DNA of 48,574 bases, taken from positions 682,001 to 730,574 of the forward strand of contig JBPGPT010000005.1 in NCBI GenBank assembly GCA_051047955.1. Reading direction: 5' to 3'. Each line of letters begins with the position of its first letter. Within the stretch, counting starts at the first letter, position 1. Positions 23,418-36,307 of the stretch are shown here, in pieces. The notes beneath the pieces are model-generated. The model worked only from the letters and a program-made list of their open reading frames with translations, was not told the origin of the DNA and did no database searches. Origin of the DNA: Cystobasidiomycetes sp. EMM_F5. Taxonomy: Eukaryota. The position numbers and the translations under genes were made by a program.

Positions 23418-24507
23418 ATGTCTGCATCTCATAGGACCCTCGGGCCAATGTGTGCATTATGTCTGAGCAGTACAGCACGTTCTGCGAGGCTGTTGATGCG
23501 TACGCAACTCTTCATAGCACTGGAATATTTTCGATATCAGCTAACATGGATCGGAAACAGCTATTCGCGGAGTACGGCTTCAGAGCAGTGCAGCGGAAAC
23601 GACAGCCTCGACCTCTACATCACACAATATCGCTCCATCTACATCTCAGCCATCGCCGACGGAAGCTCCGACATCTCCAAAACCGACAAAACGAAATGTT
23701 CGCATCGTAGCGGCTTCGCTCCTTTCACGTCCACCCAGGCGCATGTCGCCCATCAGCAGCTTTGAGAAGGAGTACTACAAGTACGCTCGAAAGATTAATC
23801 GAGCCATCAGTACAGAACTCGATTCCGAATGGTATTTTCGAAAAGGCAGTCAGGCAGAGCAGGCGTACAAAGATCTCCTCCGTGAGTTGCACATTCTCAT
23901 CAATACACTCGGAACGAGAACTGTGCTAAGATATACTTCTGTTCGTAGAAGCTGCTGAAGATGGCAAAGAAGATGTAGCTACACCACTGGCAGTGGACAC
24001 GAGTATTGACGAAGACGTGCACAATATGGAGCGGAAAGCCGACCGTACTCTCTATTTTCTCGCCAAGAAAGATCGCACAACGCACGCTTGGCAGTTCCGT
24101 AGGTTTGGCACCTTCACTCTATACAGCCAAGCTCACGAATCGATGTGTGTTGTATTACAGCGCAAGGCGGAGTAGAAGCAAAAGAGTCATTAGCGGACGC
24201 ATCATCAAGAGAATTGACGGAAGAGTTCGGCCAAGACCTCGACGTGTGGCATACCGGCCGTTTGCCTGCCGCACATCATAGCTATACGCCAGACAGTACA
24301 TCCGCAGCAAGCAAGACACAAGCGGAACATACCAGCTCACCGTTACCTACGAAAGTCTTCTTTATGCCCGCTAGAGTGATGCGAGGATCTCCGCAGCCCA
24401 ATAAGCAGGAAGGCATCGTTGATTACGCCTGGTGCACGAAAGAGGAGGTCCGGGAGCGGGTCGCAGAAGATTATTACACCTCGGTCGAGAATGTTCTATC
24501 GCATTGA
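23418..24507 (+). CDS. MRPL46: Mitochondrial large-subunit ribosomal protein mL46 (Nudix-like fold)
   Basis: IVAASLLSRPP..FEKEYYKY, WYFRKGSQAE, ERKADRTLYFL..WQFP|QGGV, RELTEEFG..DVWHTGRLP, KVFFMPARV and DYAWCTKEEV. Start approximate. Confidence 0.88.
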
Positions 24508-24644
24508 TATTGAGCAGCCCGGGATAGTACTTTACATTAGCATAAGCCGAGCAAACTGCTAAGCGCCATTGAATGAAAACCATTCACTGCGAAACGAGTC
24601 GTACAACAAAGCCCATCTGATATGGCATACAGTAGCAAACACTC

Positions 24645-26756
24645 TCAAAACTTGAAGTTGTCCTTTTGCCTCTTTTGTTGGCGCGTCTGTTCTGCTTTTC
24701 TCCTCTTTGCACTCTCCTCTGCGACCACGTCTGAAAGGTCTTCTCGTCCACCTTGGCCTGCAGATTGTGATTCTGCATTTCTCTTTCTCGCATTCTCGTA
24801 CCTGCTCTTGATTTCCGCTTCCGACAGACCCTCCAACTCGCCAGCATCCAGACTGACGTCAACCCTCTGTTGCTGTTCTCTTCGCTTCTGTTGTCCTCGG
24901 TCGTCGACACCCAGTATTGGCAAATTGCTCGTCCCGACGTTCCGGGTATCGTATCCCCTCTCAGACCCGAGTGTACCGCGTACACTTGTGCGATGCTCTG
25001 GCAGGACCTGGTATAGCTCCTTTGGCGGTCCACCGGCATCACTATAATCGGTCGTCGTTTCTCTTCTTTTGCGGAGTTCCAAAAAGTCTGGCGTCTCAAG
25101 TCCACCCGGAACCGTAGAAGCGACACTTGCAAATCCAGAAGGCGTCTCCATTCCACCTGCAATAGATGAGGGCGTCTGCAACCCATCGGCATGTCGTTGT
25201 CTGGCACTGTCATCATCGTCTTCATCCTCTTCTTCCTCCTCCTCCTCCTCGCTGTCTTCTAGCTCTGGCTCCAACTCGCCAAACAGCGTCTTGTCAATCA
25301 CGTCCTGTCCTGCCGCGTCTGGTGCCAATTGGACGCCGAAGACATCACCATACAGAGGTCTGTTGAACTCGTCCACTGGCGGCCTGCCCCAACCACCGGG
25401 ATGAAAACCCCATTGAGCACCTTCCGGTATCGGTGCGTTCAAGCCCGGTATCCGCAACTGGGGGTAGGAGGGTGGGGGACCGAATCGCTGCATCGCAATC
25501 AGCCAGGGCGGAGGAGCAAGAGGAGGGATAGAGAGAGCCTCTTTGAGATCTTTTGATAATTCGCCCGGTCGTTTCTCCTTTAGGTGTGTCTCGTACTCTT
25601 TTCCTTCATAGTACATTTCCCCAAACTCCGACATGACGGGCTTTGTTTGAAACTTGAAGAACGCATCGTGTAGCTTTTGATAGTCGATATCGATCTTTCC
25701 CATCTTTGGCTGTACACGTTCTCGCGTCTTCTGCTTGAGCGATTGCCCTTCCTCCTTTTCCTTGATGGCGTCTCGCTGTGTGGCAATGCCTGTATCTGCA
25801 ATGAAGCCTAGGGTGGAGATCCGGAAGACCAGGTTAGTGTGTATAAGAAGGGATGAATTGTTCGGTAGGCCTACTTGGTAACTGAAATTGAGCCTTTTCG
25901 ATACCCTTCTTGCCGGCGAGGTAGTCTCGCTTGCTCTTCCAGTGAGGCGGTACTGCAATGGTATTCCTGTACGACTTGAGATGAACGAGGAGTCTCGGGT
26001 CGAGTGCAGACACATCGAACCAGTCTACTACGTCCGCCCTCTTGACGAGACGTTTGAGCTCTGCGACCGTCAGTCGATTCATCTTTTTCAGCTTGCGTTT
26101 CGATAGAGTTGCCGTCGCTGCTTGATCCTCTTCGTCGTCGGAAAGTGCTTCGTCGTCCGAGTAGTAAACGTGCCCCTTGCCTGTATCGCCGTCTGCGTTG
26201 TCGCCTGTTGCGGCATCGTCACCCTCGCCGTCGAGTGATCCCGCGAATCGAGCAAAGATGGCTCTGTACTCTGCTGGCATGTCTTGGCTGTCGAGTGACG
26301 AGACAGAGTCGTTTAATGCAGACGTAGATGGCTTTTTCTGAGTGAGAAGTATGCTTAGCCCTCGCTTGACGTTTGAAGGGCGTGCATCAAGCCACCCACC
26401 TCGTCCTCGTCTACCATATCATCGTACATGTTTCCCCCACTCAACTCGCTCGCAGTCATCCTCGCCGTCCGTTTCGGTCTGCTCGACTCGGCGGCATCTG
26501 TACGAACACTCTCCTGGCCATCCTCGGCCTTGACCTCGACGTCTCCTCCCAACGTGGATATTCCATTCGTCTCTGCGTCCTTTGTCGTCGCAGCCGGCTC
26601 TTCCGTACTCGTCGCCGCGGTTGCCTTTTGCTTTGCCTTTAGCTTTTTGAGCTGACCCTTGCTGAGCTTTGACGTGTTTACTGCGCTGCTCCCGTTCCCG
26701 TTGGCATGACTGGACGAGGCTGCTGCTGCTGCTGGCATTGTACTGACTCCGGCCAT
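24645..26756 (-). CDS. SF3B2: U2 snRNP splicing factor SF3B2 (SAP145/Cus1)
   Basis: RLTVAELKRLVKRADVVDWFDVSALDPRLLVHLKSYRN, QPKMGKIDIDYQKLHDAFFKFQ, PPPWLIAMQRFGPPPSYP and GAQWGFHPGGWGRPPVDE. C-terminus ends FKF*. Confidence 0.97.
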
Positions 26757-27342
26757 GCTTTGATTTGCTTGGATTGGGGCACTTCAGAGCCAACAAGTTA
26801 GAATGCATGTAGATGGGCTTTGAGGGGCTTTCGTGGTATCAATCCAATTCAAGTGCAACTTCAACCAGCACTACGCTCCCAGTCCCAGCATGCATAATGC
26901 TCTTAAATTCCATTGCCCGCAGTCTGCCCACCTCACTGCCAGCTTCTTCTCCGGCAACCTACACGACCGCCGTTACAACTGTTCGTAAAGCCGGCACAAG
27001 ATTCACAGACTGATGGTTCAGAATGCACTTGTTTGCATTCCGGATATCAGATACTCTGCGCCGTCCAGTATCTGCGAAGCTTCGCGTCCAACGAGGTTTC
27101 CGCCAAATGAAGTTGGCCTGGCCTGTCCCGTTGCGCTCAGAGACACAATGTTCCAGTGTCCATCGTATGAAATTTTCAGGTGACACGGAGCTGACGAGCG
27201 ACTGCTGATAAGCGATACAACGAGTGCTGCTTCGCAGTCTGGCTACCGCGTCAATATCTGCTGACAACCCTCTAAGTGCGACCGTCTGCAGCTAACCCTC
27301 TCCACACTCCCTCACAACCACACACTCCTTCACCAGCGTCTC

Positions 27343-29332
27343 ATGGCTTGGCTGAATTCATCAACGCGCCGGGGCAGCCAGTCGCGGGTATTCGTATCGG
27401 GTCCTACAATGAGCGATGGGACCACCCACGACGCGGAGAAGACGTCCTGGGCATCCTTGTCTCCCACCGTGTCCTTCAACGGCGTCAATCATCACCTCAA
27501 CGCCGCGCGCACAGGGATTCCAGCAATGCTCACCCAGTCGTCTAATCGGCAAAGGGTTCGTGTCGCAGCTATCGGAGGGACTGTCCTCATCTCCATTCTG
27601 CTCATCATGGCGTCCGGTAACTCTACTCCGTCCTCAGTCGCAACTCCCGAGCTGGTCGACAAGCTCGGTCAGTCGATGGCAGCGGGTAACGAGACGAGCG
27701 ATCTGTACAATGAGGACAACGTCGGCTACGTAGGATACGCCAAGTCGGTCGCAAGCAAGCTCAAAGACGAGATGAAGGAATACTACGACTATGCAGCGTC
27801 CGTAGCGGGCGATGCGGCGGAAAAGGCAAAGTCGTGGAGCAGCTGGAAAGCAAGCGACCAAGATGATGCTCTTGACAGTGATAGCGACAACGACGAAGAA
27901 GATTCAACTACAGGCACGGCTGAAGAGACTGATGCTGATGGTGAGGCAGTCAGTACGGCCACAAACTCTGGCTGGTGCTGGGGCAGCAGCAATCGCAAGC
28001 ACTCAAAAAGCAAAGGAGACACCAAGCACAATCAACTAAGCCAGTCTATCGCTTGTGCTGCCCCTATCAGACAGGAAATGAATGGTACTAAGATCACTCC
28101 GGCAAATTATAATGCCTTCCAGCGAGCATTTGCCGATTCTTGGAAGGGTGTGTGTAAGAACCTCGATCAGGATAAATTCACCATTCTCATGACGAGCAGT
28201 AACTCGAGAGCTAATATTGTTCGCAAGTGAGTGTGACTTGCTCGCATCGCATGGACATTTCCCAACCATATTTCTGACTTTGTATTCGGTCAACAGGAAT
28301 CTCAATACCTTCATCTCAGGCAAAGTCCCGTCGGTCGCAGAAGTCTATCTCCGCTGGATCGGTCCTCTTCCCACAGAACCGCTCTATGACTCTTCCATCC
28401 CCACTTCCGTTTCTGTCCGACTGTACGAGAATCAAAATGGCTCTTTGAACAATCGATGGGCACCTATTCCAGCCCTGAAGACGGCATACGTCTTCTCGCA
28501 CGACGACGATATGGAGATTGATCCTAGCGATTTTGAGTGGGCATGGAGTATTGCAAAGCGAAATACACCTGCATTCACGAGTTTTGTAGGAAGAAAGTTT
28601 GAATGGGCAGATCAAGCAAGAGGTGATAAAGTACAGGTAGACGAAAAGGGTAACAAGGTACTTCAACCGGTTTATAAGGTCGGAGTGGAGGGCCAAAATT
28701 ACAGTATGGGGTCAGTCAAGCCTCGACACTGAGAAATGGAACCCGTGCTAACATGAAAGTGCCATGCTTTTTGTTGCAGTACTTCTGCGAGCTGGATCCA
28801 TGCATCATTTATGGATATTTACGGACACGACTTCCTCAAACCAGTGCGAGATGTCGTGGAGGAGACGCAAAACTGCGAAGATGTAAGTAATCACCTGTCT
28901 TCATCCACCCAGCAACTCGTGCCTAATGGTTTCATTCACTAGATCGCAATGGCTTTCATCGTTCCTTACCTTACACGCGTTCCTCCGGTCATCATCGAGG
29001 GCCTGAAATCCGTTCTGGTGAGCAACTCCCCTTCGAAGGGACATCGGCAGAATCAGATAAGTATCATACTAATCATGTTCATCTATCCCGCAGCACTGGC
29101 AATTCCACAAGAATATGCAATCGGAAGGTGCAGCGCATTGGGTACGTTTATTCGGTCAATCGCCTAGGGCAGCCAAGTTTGACGTTGTCACGCAACTTTG
29201 CAGCGAAAGAGAGATCTCTGCGCAAAGGCCTTCTATAAGCATTTCGGTGAATTGCCGCCCGAGCGCGACTATACCGTCGTTCGCGGCCTTACCGCCGGGT
29301 CAAGGAAGATTCACTTTGAGCACGTCTATTGA
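27343..29332 (+). CDS. Glycosyltransferase family 64 (EXTL2/EPC1-like), type II membrane protein
   Basis: TM segment IGGTVLISILLIMA and acidic stem. Then KFTILM, SLNNRWAPIPALKTAYVFSHDDD (DDD motif), FVGR, YSM, VEETQNCED|IAMAFIV and RDLCAKAFYKHFGELP. Multi-exon, stop at 29330-29332. Confidence 0.88.
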
Positions 29333-29702
29333 GGCTTGGTCGAGCCTCCCCTTATGGTACTGCTTGGAACCTATCGCAACCTTCATAGAGTGTACATCGA
29401 CTTGCGAGTAACTAGTAAACCTATTCTTTATGAACAGATGCGTTAGATTCGAGCTTGACAATGGCACATCACACTGCGTGCAGAGCATGCGATGCACTGG
29501 CTTTGAGAGCACTTTGGCAATTTCTCAGGAGTACATTGCGCATTGCATGCGTCAAGAATAGCAACAACAGTCGATTGCCACTGCTGCCCTACTTACAACC
29601 AAAGGGCACACCAAGCTCTAATGCCAGATTGCCCACTTCAAACTGTAACTATCACCTCAACTTATGCCAGATTGTCGCGTGACTGCTCGACTTGCCAAAG
29701 TA

Positions 29703-31353
29703 TCAATCTACAAGGCCTTTGGCCCTTGCAGCCATGTAGTCTGTGATTAGTTCATGGTCTGCCCAGCGCCGTACTAGCCGTGTAAAACTCGTCTCGTATA
29801 CGCCGTCTTCACTTTCGCTTTCTGTATCCGTCGTCCAGATATTTGTAGGATTCAGGTCGTCTCCGCCGTCTCCCGAATGTGACCACGCATGACTATAGTG
29901 ACGCATGTCAGACGGTTGCATTCTTTTGATGGAAAATCTCTCCCTTACTATGCATATTGCCCCGACGCATCAAAATCGTAGTTCGTCGTCTCATAAACTA
30001 GTTCCATGTGCGGCGCTGTCCATAAGCTACAATTGGTAGTCAGCGAAAGTCCAAGCTGAAGCAAGACTCCGCTACATACGGGTAAAAGATGGCCCGTGGA
30101 CCAAGAACAGAGATCGTGTCGGGGTACTGCTTGGCGAGCCTCCATGGTACATGCACGGAGTGTTCGCTCCATTGCTTGTCGATGAAGTAGGTATACTGGT
30201 CCATCCACCGGGTCTGTTAGTCCACAACATGTGTGAGTCAAAGCTACATATAGCTGATGACGTGCACATACGATGAATGGCGAGTAAGGCTCCGCCATGA
30301 TCACCGCGTTGCACAATCCGCCTGGCTCCAAACGGTCAGGCTCATCCGGGTAGCCTTCCTGCGCCATGACTGTAGAGTGCGTATAGAAGGGTGCGAAGTC
30401 TAGGACGAGATTCAGCGGCAGATCAATCGGGGAAGATAATGCGCACAGACCTTTCAAGACGTACACATCCAGATCAAGGTAAACCCCGCCGTGCTTCTTC
30501 AGCGCTTCCAACCGCAAGATCTGTCGGAAGGGCATGGATGCGTCAGTCTGTATACAAGTAGATCATGGCGTGTCCTTACATCAGCTTTATGTGCTGGCAC
30601 GTCGACTGGGTTTCCGCTTGTCAATCGTTGATGTTAGCCACAATCATCGTTCGGATAGCTGTTGACTTACAAGATATGTTTCACATCCCGTGCAGTATGC
30701 TGTTCTACTACCACATTGTACTTTTTAGCTACCTGGAGTAGCCTTTGCCAGTACCATCCGGCTGGTTCGTGATCTCTCCAGAGCATAATCTTTGCTGGTC
30801 GCAGTGTCTGCACCGTTGACACGAATGATAGGTATTTGAGAAAGGGAAATGGCTTTCCGGGCTTTCCGGATAGCCAGACATAGTGTACGATGGAAGGGAT
30901 TCGTCTAGTTCCTTCAGGATAGAAAGTGCCGGAATTAGGATAGACGCTCAGGTCCACTTGGAACGGTAACGTTTTTCGATGTGGTGGAGCTTGAGGAAGG
31001 GCTTCTGCTGGTGCAGTAGCTGGTGCTCCTGTCGAGTTGTTGGCGGATGATACCACTATTGGCCTTTTTTCCGCAGTCGAGGCATCCACTTTGACAATCC
31101 TCGGAGACCTGAACGGCGCAGCTGTCGCATCTTTCGGTCCTACGTCCGAAGTCCAGTACGACGAAGGAAAGCTGTCGCTTCTGAACCTAGACAGCACCAC
31201 TCCCACAGCCAACAGGAGCAGCAGCTTCGTAGTCACTGCCTTGATCCGACGAGACTGTCGCGCAGGCTCTCGCGACTGGCTGCCTTCGACCGACATGCTG
31301 GCTGGTCGCGCTGTCGATGGCAGCCTAAAGTGCGCTCTCTTCATGATGGGCAT
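29703..31353 (-). CDS. Glycosyltransferase family 32 (DXD sugar-binding), paralog 1, 7 exons
   Basis: TM segment LLLLLAVGVVL. Then RIPSIVHYVW, AHKAD|ILRLEALKKHGGVYLDLD, GLCNAVIMAEP, QWSEHSVHVPWRLA and Y|HAWS. Ends GLVD*. Confidence 0.9.
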
Positions 31354-31594
31354 CCAGTTCAGATTTCAGGGCAGATCCCGACTCCTCGTCCTGCAGGCCT
31401 CCTTTACGCGCAGGGTTCGAGGTTCATAGAGTTGAGTGGCAACAACGACGCGATTGATATGTGGGGCTTTGCAGGTATACTGAAACGACAACACGGTGCA
31501 TCTAGGCTGCGAGCTAGTGTGATGAGAGCAAAGCGAAGTGAATATGCTGACTGCTGTTGAAATACGAAGAACGATTATCGGGAGTGCATGCACT

Positions 31595-33092
31595 TCAGTC
31601 AACGAGACCTTGTTCCCGGGCTTCCAGATACCTCATCTGAAGGTCAGCGTCTGACCACCTTCGTATCAGACGGGTGAAGCTCGTTTCTTTGATGCCGTCC
31701 TCTCCAACGCCTTTTGTCCATACATTGATGGGATTGTAGTTTGGCTCCGCTTTGTCAGCTTGACTCCATGCATGGCTATATAACGCGTTATCAGCGTTCT
31801 GCTGACAGCCTGACCTAGGTTCAGTAGCGACTCACTATGCATACTGCCCAGATTGATCAAAATCATAATCCGTAGTTTCGTGCACTAATCGCATGTGATC
31901 AGGCGTCCATAATCTAGATTAAGCGCAAGGCATCAGCTTGCATCATCATCCTCCTCATCCAACAACTCACGGGTAGAATATAGCCCGCGTATTGAGCGTT
32001 GTTATGGTGTCTGGGTGCTGCTTTGCAAGCCGCCACGGCAGCCGAACAGAGTGGTCATTCCACTTTGTATGGTCAAAAGTGTCGTAGTTTGATATCCAAC
32101 GGGTCTTAAAGCATATAAGTCAGGCTACACGAATCACAAAGGCAAGCCAGGTGGGGGTTGCTGCTCACGATGAAGCGCGCATAGGGTTCCGCAAGAATTA
32201 CGGCATTGCACAAACCCTCTGGCTCAGGTCTATCCGGATCAGATTGATGGCCTTCCTGAGCCATGACCATTGATTCATTATAGAGCGGTGCAAAGTCTGT
32301 TGTGTTGAAAGCTGTCAGTGTAAGACTGGCTGATTCACTTCCAAAGGGGGAATACATACCCTTGATGACGAAAACGTCTAAATCGAGATAGATACCGCCA
32401 TACGCTCTCAATGCCTCTAAACGAAGTATCTGTGTGAGAGCAACGGTCAGCGTCAGTCACATCATCTGCTTTGTCGCACATGGCAAAACATACATCCGCT
32501 TTGTGGGCGACGTGAGACACCTTTTGGCCGCTTGAAAAGGATTGTCAGCGTCATAGCTGGAGTCTGAAGGCCGGGTATGGCTCAGCAATACTCACAGTAT
32601 CTCTGTAACGTCTCGCACAGGCTTCTGTTCAATAGTGACGTTGTTGGCTTGTGCCACAAGTTTCAATTGTTGCCAGTACCATCCAGCCGGTTCGTGGTTT
32701 CTCCATAGCAGCATCTTTTCAGGCTTGAGCGTCGTCATGACGGACGCGAACGACAGGTATTTGAGGAAAGGAAAGTCCTTTTCTGGTTCGGATAGCCAGA
32801 CATAGTGTACTATCGATGGAACCTTGCGCGTCATGACGGGTAGGCTCGCAACGTCGGGATAGGTACTTAGGTCGAGTTCGAATGGGAGACGAGGCGAAGG
32901 GGCCGAATGCTCGGACTTGAGTAGAAACGGACTTGCATGCGAACTTGTTACCCAGCCTGCTACCGTCAAGAGCCCGACTGCAACAGCCATAAGAACAGTC
33001 CGCCGTATACGAGGATCCCTGTAGCTTTCATAATGGTAGTCGATTCTTTTGATCCCCGATACAGCGTCGGTTTCTTCCGAGAAATGCGCCAT
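31595..33092 (-). CDS. Glycosyltransferase family 32 (DXD sugar-binding), paralog 2, 7 exons
   Basis: TM segment VLMAVAVGLLTVAGWV. Then KVPSIVHYVW, AHKAD|ILRLEALRAYGGIYLDLD, GLCNAVILAEP, KWNDHSVRLPWRLA and Y|HAWS. Ends GLVD* at 31595. Same six intron positions as paralog 1. Confidence 0.9.
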
Positions 33093-33631
33093 GGTGAGGC
33101 CGTGCGGAGACTGATTGAGGACAGAGGGCGATTATGTAACGAGAAACGGCCTGTTGGATGAGGGGAGGGAGGGAGGAGCTGAATGCGCACCTCGCGTACT
33201 GATTCTCATGCCCTTTTTACTATTCAGCCCACATTCTCAAGCTATTGACTAACTTACGAGGTCTGAGAGTCCCTTTACACTTCGAGATATGCAGATTTCG
33301 TCAATAGTATGCAAGCCTCGCTTTCGGCAGATGGCAATGCAAGCGCATAGCAAGCACATGTTTGCAGATGGCGGATTGTGGTAGCGTAAAAGCAAGTGTC
33401 GCGTCGTACAGCGTCTGTGTTGGATGGAGTCGGCGCGTGGTTTCGAGCATCAGGTGGCAGGGAGCGGCCGAAGCGCAACGCAACGACATGGAGGCGAAGA
33501 GACTTGACATATGCGCCTCAGATCACATAGTCAGGGTGTATGGGGATTCGACACAGTCCATACGACTAAATCAGAGTATGTGGTCCCGAACAGAGGTCAA
33601 CCTGTCCGCTCTTATGTCAGGCCGGGCATCG

Positions 33632-33814
33632 ACGCGACTACTTTTCGCGACTATTCGACGCGATTTCCTCTTCTTTGCAATCAAGCGAGACTTGCGTTGA
33701 TACGATATCGGTAGCGTCACTGCGCTCAATGCGACAGTCACAGTCCGCATAGCAATCACCTTCATTGTACTTGGTACTCACCCGTCTTTACAACGACGCG
33801 CCGTTTCTACGCGT
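33632..33814. promoter_or_regulatory. Cluster of MCB/SCB-like CGCG elements upstream of CDT2
   Basis: ACGCGA at 33632 and 33658, TTTCGCG at 33643 (CGCGAAA on the minus strand), ACGCGC at 33796 and an exact MCB ACGCGT at 33809-33814. These lie ~180-360 bp before the CDT2 ATG. Confidence 0.45.
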
Positions 33815-33991
33815 CTTTGTTTTTTTGTGGCTATACACGTGTGTATATTTTGCAGAGCAGCCAGCTTGAATCGCCAGCCACACAGACGACGCAGCCTGAC
33901 ACAGCAGCAGCGTCTTCAGTCTTGAGATCTCACAGTTCCATCGCCAACATCCTCCATTTACTTGTCACCATCGCCGTTGCCAACTGCAACA

Positions 33992-36307
33992 ATGGCTGCG
34001 GCATCCAGTCGCGACCCGCTGGCCGACATCACCAACACCGTATCCGTCAGTGCACACCGCCAGCAGTCGAGCAAGCCAGCTGCAGTCTCCAACAACAACC
34101 TCCGCAAACCCAAGCTACTCCGCCAAACATCCCTCTTCGCATTTGCCGCTCGTCAGTCGTCCCCGGCGTGCTCACTATCCTCGGATGACCCTCTGCCAAA
34201 CGCATCGACGCCTGCAAAGTCGCATCCAGATGATGGATATCTGTCTGCATCTGTGCCCACATCATCCTCGTCGTCGCCCGACTCTATAGTCAACACTTCA
34301 AACAAACGGCAGAGACTCGATGACACTTTCCCTTCTTCGAATCATGCATCTCACAGCAGAAGTCACATCCAAGACGAGCGCGCAGAATCAGTGGACCCTG
34401 TGGACCCTGTGCGAGAGGAGCGACGAGCAAAGCTGCGCCTGCGCAATCAGCGCGGAATTCATGCGACCACCAAAAACTTTTCCGACCATCTTCGCCTGTC
34501 TGAGTATGCAACAACCTCACTGGGTCACCGTCTCGCTGAGGGAATGACAAGGCGAGGTCAAGCAAGCACTATAAGCAGAAATCATTGGGACCTTATCTCG
34601 CATGATACGGGTGACGTGCACCGGTGCGTGTCAAACAGACCAAACAGAGATTATGCGCCGCCCTTTGCGTGCGCGTTCAGTAATGGTGAGCGCATGTTAA
34701 AATAGCGGCACTTGAGTCAAATTTACTGATACCAGACGCCCTTTTCAACAGCATCCAAGAAAGGCGGCCGCAAAATCTTGGCTGTAGCAGATGAAGAAGG
34801 AACAGTCTCGTTGCTGGATGCTCACCAGACGGCGCAGTATGGAGCTCGTGAGCGACTCATAGGCTAGGATGGCATTTCTGTACTAATACTTGCCATTTGC
34901 ACCTCCAGCCACTATCAAGTCCTCCTTCCAGGCCCACAACAACGCCATCTTTGATTTACGGTGGAGCAACGACGATAAGCTCATTGTACGTTTCATGCTA
35001 TTAATCAACTTGTCACATGCTAATCGTCAAGCTGGCAGGCTACGGGATCGGGAGACCAGACTGCCATCCTGACGGATGTCGAGACGAAAAAGGTAACGGC
35101 TACATTTGCCGCTCACACATGCAGTATCAAGCAGATTCAGTTCGACCCATTCAATAACAGTGGGTGATACTTGCACATCTTTCGTGGAGCTGTTCGTACT
35201 GAACGATGATGCGCGCACAGACCTCCTCTCCACTGCTTCAAGAGACGGATCGATTGCTATCTGGGATCAACGGGTCAATGCTCAGAGTCAGTGGACACGT
35301 TCTTTCTAAGATGGTCGAGATGCTTAATCGTCTTTTGTGTCCACAGAAAATGGCAACCTAGCACCGGTCAACCACATTCGATTTGCACACGATAGCTTTG
35401 CAAAGACTCGTAAGCTCAAGGAGGAGACTCGTTCTTGCACGAGGAGTGTTACCTGCATCGTTTACCTTCAACATAAAGAAAATCTTTTGGCTTCGGGCGG
35501 GTCCTACGATGGGTATGTTGCTCGTGTCTGACTGCTTGATGGACATTCGCTCACCCTCTGTTCGCTTCATTAGCATCGTCAAAGTGTGGGACCTTCGAAA
35601 GGCCGTGTCGCGGCGAATCAATCCGCCATCCGTTGAGGAGAGCCTGGATTTTACTGGATCGTCAGCCGCTCCCTGCTCGACAGACTTGCCCTCGTCTTCT
35701 GCAATGTCTGCTTCATCATCATTCACGGGTCGCTCTCACGGCATCGCGTCTCTCATTCTATCCCCAGACGGAGCTCGACTTTATTCCCTCAACACAAATT
35801 CCAAGATTTACGTACACGACGCTCTCTTCCCCTCGCGCAACCTTGCAAAGCCAATGCAGGTCATGACCGGTCCTTCCCTCATGAGCAGCTCATTTTACGT
35901 TCGCCTCGCAATCTCAGCGGACGGCAACACGCTGGCAGCAGGAAGCTGTGGGAAAAAATACGGAGTGACGCTGTTTGACATTGCTACACACAAGAAGGGA
36001 ATGCAGCCATTTACTGAGCAGCAGGCTGGGGAATTTACCTTGTATGGTCATCAAGCTGAAGTCGGATGTCTCGATTGGGCAGATGATACAGTAAGCCTGC
36101 GTTTGATTTTGTCGTCCTTGATAACCGACATAGGCTGATATCCACCTCCCGTAGCTTGCAACCTGTAGCGATGACTTGCTCACACGATTTTGGCGGCCCA
36201 ATCAGCTGGTTCGGAGCAAAATAGCCACAGGCTATATGGTCGAGAAGGATATTTACTCGAAAGCAGAAAGACTTCGAAGACCTCCATTCCCTGGTCTATA
36301 TTTATAA
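33992..36307 (+). CDS. CDT2: CRL4 substrate receptor Cdt2/DTL (WD40)
   Basis: PPFACAFS, ILAVADEEGTVSLLD, FQAHNNAIFDLRWS..ATGSGDQTA, LLSTASRDGSIAIWDQR, RSVTCIVYL..LLASGGSYDG|IVKVWDLRK, SSFYVRLAISADG, GHQAEVGCLDW and LATCSDDLLTRFWRP. Confidence 0.9.
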
